Assembly: GCA_964394925.1 (NCBI GenBank)
Contig: CAYMZG010000002.1
Coordinates: 20,947 to 84,946 of the forward strand
Origin: an uncultured Candidatus Saccharibacteria bacterium
GTDB taxonomy: Bacteria; Patescibacteriota; Saccharimonadia; Saccharimonadales; CAYLGV01
Length of the DNA: 64,000 bases
Direction: 5' to 3'
Positions 61,501-64,000 of this stretch are shown here, piece after piece. The notes under the pieces were generated by a model, which ran no database searches, was not told the origin of the DNA, and was given only the letters and a program-made list of their open reading frames with translations. Both the position numbers and the translations under genes were made by a program. The first letter of the stretch is position 1. The number at the start of each line of letters is the position of its first letter.

Positions 61501-61909
61501 TCTTAAAGAAGTGATCCATTTGGAAGGTGTGCAAGAAGTTGAACATGAAAACACCCATGATAACCGCAACCAATCCAGCGCCGCCCATGGCACCAAGCGC
61601 ACCCTTACGTTTAAGGAGACTCTTGCCCGAACCACCCACAGTAGCTTTTCCTTTGTAAAAGCTATCTTTCTCACGGGCATCAGCGAACATGTTCCCAAAA
61701 CGCGACTCGAGCGCGTCGCCACCACCAGTATTCCCGGCGTCAGGTTCGGCTTCTTTTTCGCTCAACTGTTCTGGCGTTAGACTGGAGGCTTCATCTGCAC
61801 GGGCAGATGCTTCAATGCTGGCTTCTTCATCGGGGTCTATACCGGTGATGCTTCGAAGATCGTCATCACTGACGCGCTGGTCCTCATCATCATAAACGGC
61901 GTTAGGCAT
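58589..61909 (-). CDS. Large membrane-anchored T4SS-associated protein with C-terminal SGNH domain
   Basis: Acidic N-terminus, TM near aa 105-125, long helical body, Gly/Ser linker, then VGDS / LGTND / DGIHP SGNH blocks. Confidence 0.8.
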   Translation of the reverse strand: MPNAVYDDEDQRVSDDDLRSITGIDPDEEASIEASARADEASSLTPEQLSEKEAEPDAGNTGGGDALESRFGNMFADAREKDSFYKGKATVGGSGKSLLKRKGALGAMGGAGLVAVIMGVFMFNFLHTFQMDHFFKNTEAHTSKRLKASLDTRNKSLTKAYIKMRVAEYEGKTDGETLFFKGDKVGDGKNPLKDWYATLRKNKFEESVFGKQGISFVSIVDNQGNISTARITALEKIHPDLVGKYLLDADNGGPISANNIAQKLSAIPDKDLERMFVVDKFDTHKAARKAVKEVVDSEVPWYRVFKRRHVRKDVESVAGIKSWRLFEKTRDKLAKGIQARKDQLYAKMIDIFFGRNPNTANLLKCIFSNGSCARSSDVADPQNGLNGSGGDDLPEKEPKDDEGKQAKAAQKAAENEVSGDLKDETQKLLTNAVEGEADKGLSKETAKILEGSSISKRLIYTLIAKVTGQEIGKVIQSAAPIPSPDKIWTIAKWMERVDDLFGNGETSKLSMMVKNAKRAQLIGLFATYSIASDQMKSGELVGDQLQDFFATTQNIGNSEGWLQATGRSAGTSDADKVAKKAYCEKEPSKRSFSDFSWYCDDQNPGNGGNAAMLSNVYEKNFKPFIGVVAGGVRGVKKIPGVEWVSNFIPDLIGKVTEPLVGFAAETEFGKNVQSQIGALMMKLVGVLGGGPMFDGSSPGIGNLLVAGGAAQAEASTRQSGGAASTKASLDYTNKLATNYDNEQKASESLFDRYASLDNPDSFAASTLFAVSNKPITQQISSLFTSLSSLPTVFGNMLSGRAFAADPGKASDISDWAGVDKYDIPPQCQGLDPLDPDYLSKSSNVSDIGLDPKSLDWEVMRNGDKFWEKVYGTIKEKEMDPAAADKIYNCAIFDSRVMGNIGGLYGYTGDNAYSPEGGSGSTANTGTNGSSASNANLYWVGDSYTVGAKAAGLDTKLQANGWSVTSNGLVSRHMTGEPPSPGGIQQMDADKAIMSNAGAVVVALGTNDLGAGDDAFNSSLQTTYDKVKANAPNAKIFWVNYYLNSLGDHGKGKTDLLAKFASSHSVTVIDYAGIAPPIPYTPDGIHPTNYGPLVDKAVETIGKAPSK

Positions 61910-61943
61910 ATTTGTGTCTGCTTTCCCGAATCATCTCCTTAGA

Positions 61944-63869
61944 TTATACCCCCGGGTATAGTCGGTTGCCTAAGTCAATTGTCCCTTCTGGTTGGTCAAT
62001 TTCTCCCGCCTGCCCTGGCATAGGCTGTTGTGCTGGCGAAGAACTAATCAGTCCCGTCTCTGTTGCACTGGCGGTTATTTGAATATGAACATGGTTCTGT
62101 CCTGCAAAGAATAAACCTTGTCCGACTGGGAATTGGCTTAGACGCTTGCGTTCTTCACTAGTAAGCTTAAAGACATCCGCTAGAACATCAACAGCCGAAG
62201 GCGACTGCTTAAGCAACAGTTGCATAGAGGCGTTAGCTACAATAGCTCGTCCCATTCTCGAGCCCATAAAGTCTTCAACGTCTTGCGAAATAGTCGTAAT
62301 ACCAAGGTTATACTTACGGGCGCGCTTAGCGAGGCTAAACAAAAAATTCGCCGAGTCTTCGTATTGCATGAGTTGCCAGGCTTCATCAACAATAAGAATG
62401 CGTCGCTTCTGGTCGGTCTTGGTCTTGTTCCATATGTAGTTTAGAACAATGTACATTGCCACTGGTCGAAGTTCGTCCTCAAGGTCACGCACGTTAAACA
62501 CAACCATCGGGTTGTCGATGTCTATATTTGACTGCTGTGAAAAGATACCTGCAAAGGTACCGGTCGTGTACTTACGTAAGCGCTGGGCGAGTTGGGGGCC
62601 TGTTCCGCCCATATGCAGGAGGGTGTCATATAGGTCGGCAATGGTTGGTGGTATGCCGGTATGCGTGAGGGGGTCATTTGTAATGCCAGCTTTGGCATAG
62701 GTCTCAATCAGGGCAGCATCTAGGTCTGATTCTTCAACTGGCGTCAGCGCAGGGGCGGTAACACCGTTACCACCGCCTTGCATTTGTGCCTGAGCGCCGC
62801 CCATCATGAGGCGAAGTAAACCATGCAAAGTAACAAGATTGCTACGGAGGGCGTTATCTGCCTCTTCAGAATCAACAACTTTTGGAAGATCAAAGGGATT
62901 AATTCGAGTGTTTGAATTGAGGCTTAGGCGTACATAGGCGCCACCAACAGCATCACACATCCGTTGATACTCATTCTCTGGGTCAATAATAAAGATTTCA
63001 GTTCCAAACATCATGCTGCGTAGCGCTTCAAGCTTCACGGCAAATGACTTACCAGCACCAGACTTGGCAAACACTGTTGAGTTGCCGTTCTCAAGTGTGA
63101 AACGGTCAAAAATTACCAAGCCCGAGTTATGCATGTTAATGCCGTACAAAATACCATTATCTTGGCTCAAATCGGCCGAGGTAAACGGAAAGCTTGTACT
63201 AAGTGCGCCAGTGCTCATATTGCGTCGAATTTGCAGTTGATCGGTAAACTGCGGCACCGTTCCGTTTAGCCCCTGCTCCTGTTGGGATGTAGCGGGCTTT
63301 GAGTAAACCAACTGTTGACCAAGGATTGACTCAACCTTATGTGAAACGAACTCTAACTCCTCCAAACTGCTGCCATATAAGGTAAAGTACAGCCCAAAGC
63401 GGAAGAAGCGCTCTTCCCCAACCTGTAGCTTGTCACGCATTTCCTCGGCGTCGATAATGGCCGCTTGTTTGCCCGGGTCACGTACTCGGCCTTTTTCGGC
63501 ATCGATCTGAACACCTGCCTCGAGCTGACTCACCTTCTTACGGAGATTCTCGAGCACTACCTGACTCTCAACCGGATAGATGTACATGGAGAGATCAATC
63601 ACCTCATCGAGGTTAACCATACCACTTAACCAACCAGTATAAAGTTGGCGTGGGTAACCGTACACGTAGTACGTGCGGGCAAAGCGCGTACCGAGTTGGA
63701 AATACGTTGCCTTATATTCAATAGAACTTGGCGCAATGAAGTCGCGTAGAGCAGTAATGCCCTTACGAAACGCCTCATCAACCTCTTTCTGCTCGCGCAT
63801 GCGCTGGGCCTGGGCGGTGGCAACGGGATCAACAATATTTTGAGAGCCTTTGTTTTTGCCGAGTGCCAT
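61944..63869 (-). CDS. virB4: VirB4/TraC-like type IV secretion ATPase
   Basis: Walker A AKSGAGKS; IIDPENEY; INPFD; Walker B LIVDEAW; KRARKY; ISQDVEDF; GQGLF. Confidence 0.9.
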   Translation of the reverse strand: MALGKNKGSQNIVDPVATAQAQRMREQKEVDEAFRKGITALRDFIAPSSIEYKATYFQLGTRFARTYYVYGYPRQLYTGWLSGMVNLDEVIDLSMYIYPVESQVVLENLRKKVSQLEAGVQIDAEKGRVRDPGKQAAIIDAEEMRDKLQVGEERFFRFGLYFTLYGSSLEELEFVSHKVESILGQQLVYSKPATSQQEQGLNGTVPQFTDQLQIRRNMSTGALSTSFPFTSADLSQDNGILYGINMHNSGLVIFDRFTLENGNSTVFAKSGAGKSFAVKLEALRSMMFGTEIFIIDPENEYQRMCDAVGGAYVRLSLNSNTRINPFDLPKVVDSEEADNALRSNLVTLHGLLRLMMGGAQAQMQGGGNGVTAPALTPVEESDLDAALIETYAKAGITNDPLTHTGIPPTIADLYDTLLHMGGTGPQLAQRLRKYTTGTFAGIFSQQSNIDIDNPMVVFNVRDLEDELRPVAMYIVLNYIWNKTKTDQKRRILIVDEAWQLMQYEDSANFLFSLAKRARKYNLGITTISQDVEDFMGSRMGRAIVANASMQLLLKQSPSAVDVLADVFKLTSEERKRLSQFPVGQGLFFAGQNHVHIQITASATETGLISSSPAQQPMPGQAGEIDQPEGTIDLGNRLYPGV

Positions 63870-64000
63870 TACTGCAGACTCCTGTCGAGCTGTGGTTGCG
63901 GTGCGGCACCCTGCCCCTTGGTTATGACAGGCGTAGAAATGTCATTAAAGTTTTTCAGTGGCTGGCGAGTAGCAGTGTCGGGGTTGTAGGTGTCATAGTA
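63869..64000 (-). CDS. 3' end of the upstream T4SS-operon gene (partial)
   Basis: Manual translation ...YYDTYNPDTATRQPLKNFNDISTPVITKGQGAAPQPQLDRSLQ*; its stop overlaps the virB4 ATG (TAATG coupling). Confidence 0.75.
   Translation of the reverse strand, partial: YYDTYNPDTATRQPLKNFNDISTPVITKGQGAAPQPQLDRSLQ

Overview
The window looks like the origin region of a Patescibacteria (CPR) chromosome, most likely Saccharibacteria/TM7. This is inferred from the gene set and order (jag-yidC-rnpA-rpmH<>dnaA-dnaN-recF, then a VirB4-type secretion locus) and the dense packing. Left to right: (1) 0-12 kb holds DsbA, metal and ion transporters, a NadD-like enzyme, UppP, an ABC exporter and a LexA-like HTH protein. 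(2) 12-44 kb is a surface-glycan cluster: initiating transferase, manB, galE, rmlBCDA, ugd, GtrA, GT-C-like proteins, several GT2/GT4, two coiled-coil methyltransferases, wzm/wzt and a WaaL-like ligase. (3) A membrane-anchored GDSL hydrolase and a degenerate RAYT-like Y1 transposase follow. (4) The oriC region has DnaA boxes. (5) The window ends in the distal part of a T4SS-like operon carrying peptidoglycan-attack domains. The most notable observations are: an unknown 438-aa protein with a Cys-rich tail behind a compact cobalamin riboswitch and an NrdR-box-like operator, which is the usual regulation of B12-independent ribonucleotide reductases; two copies of a nested hairpin element with a near-identical 37-bp core but unrelated outer stems of the same geometry; and a GH3-lysozyme-M23 fusion next to an SGNH-tipped protein in the VirB4 operon. 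I saw no rRNA, tRNA or CRISPR array. All assignments come from reading motifs by eye; no searches were run.
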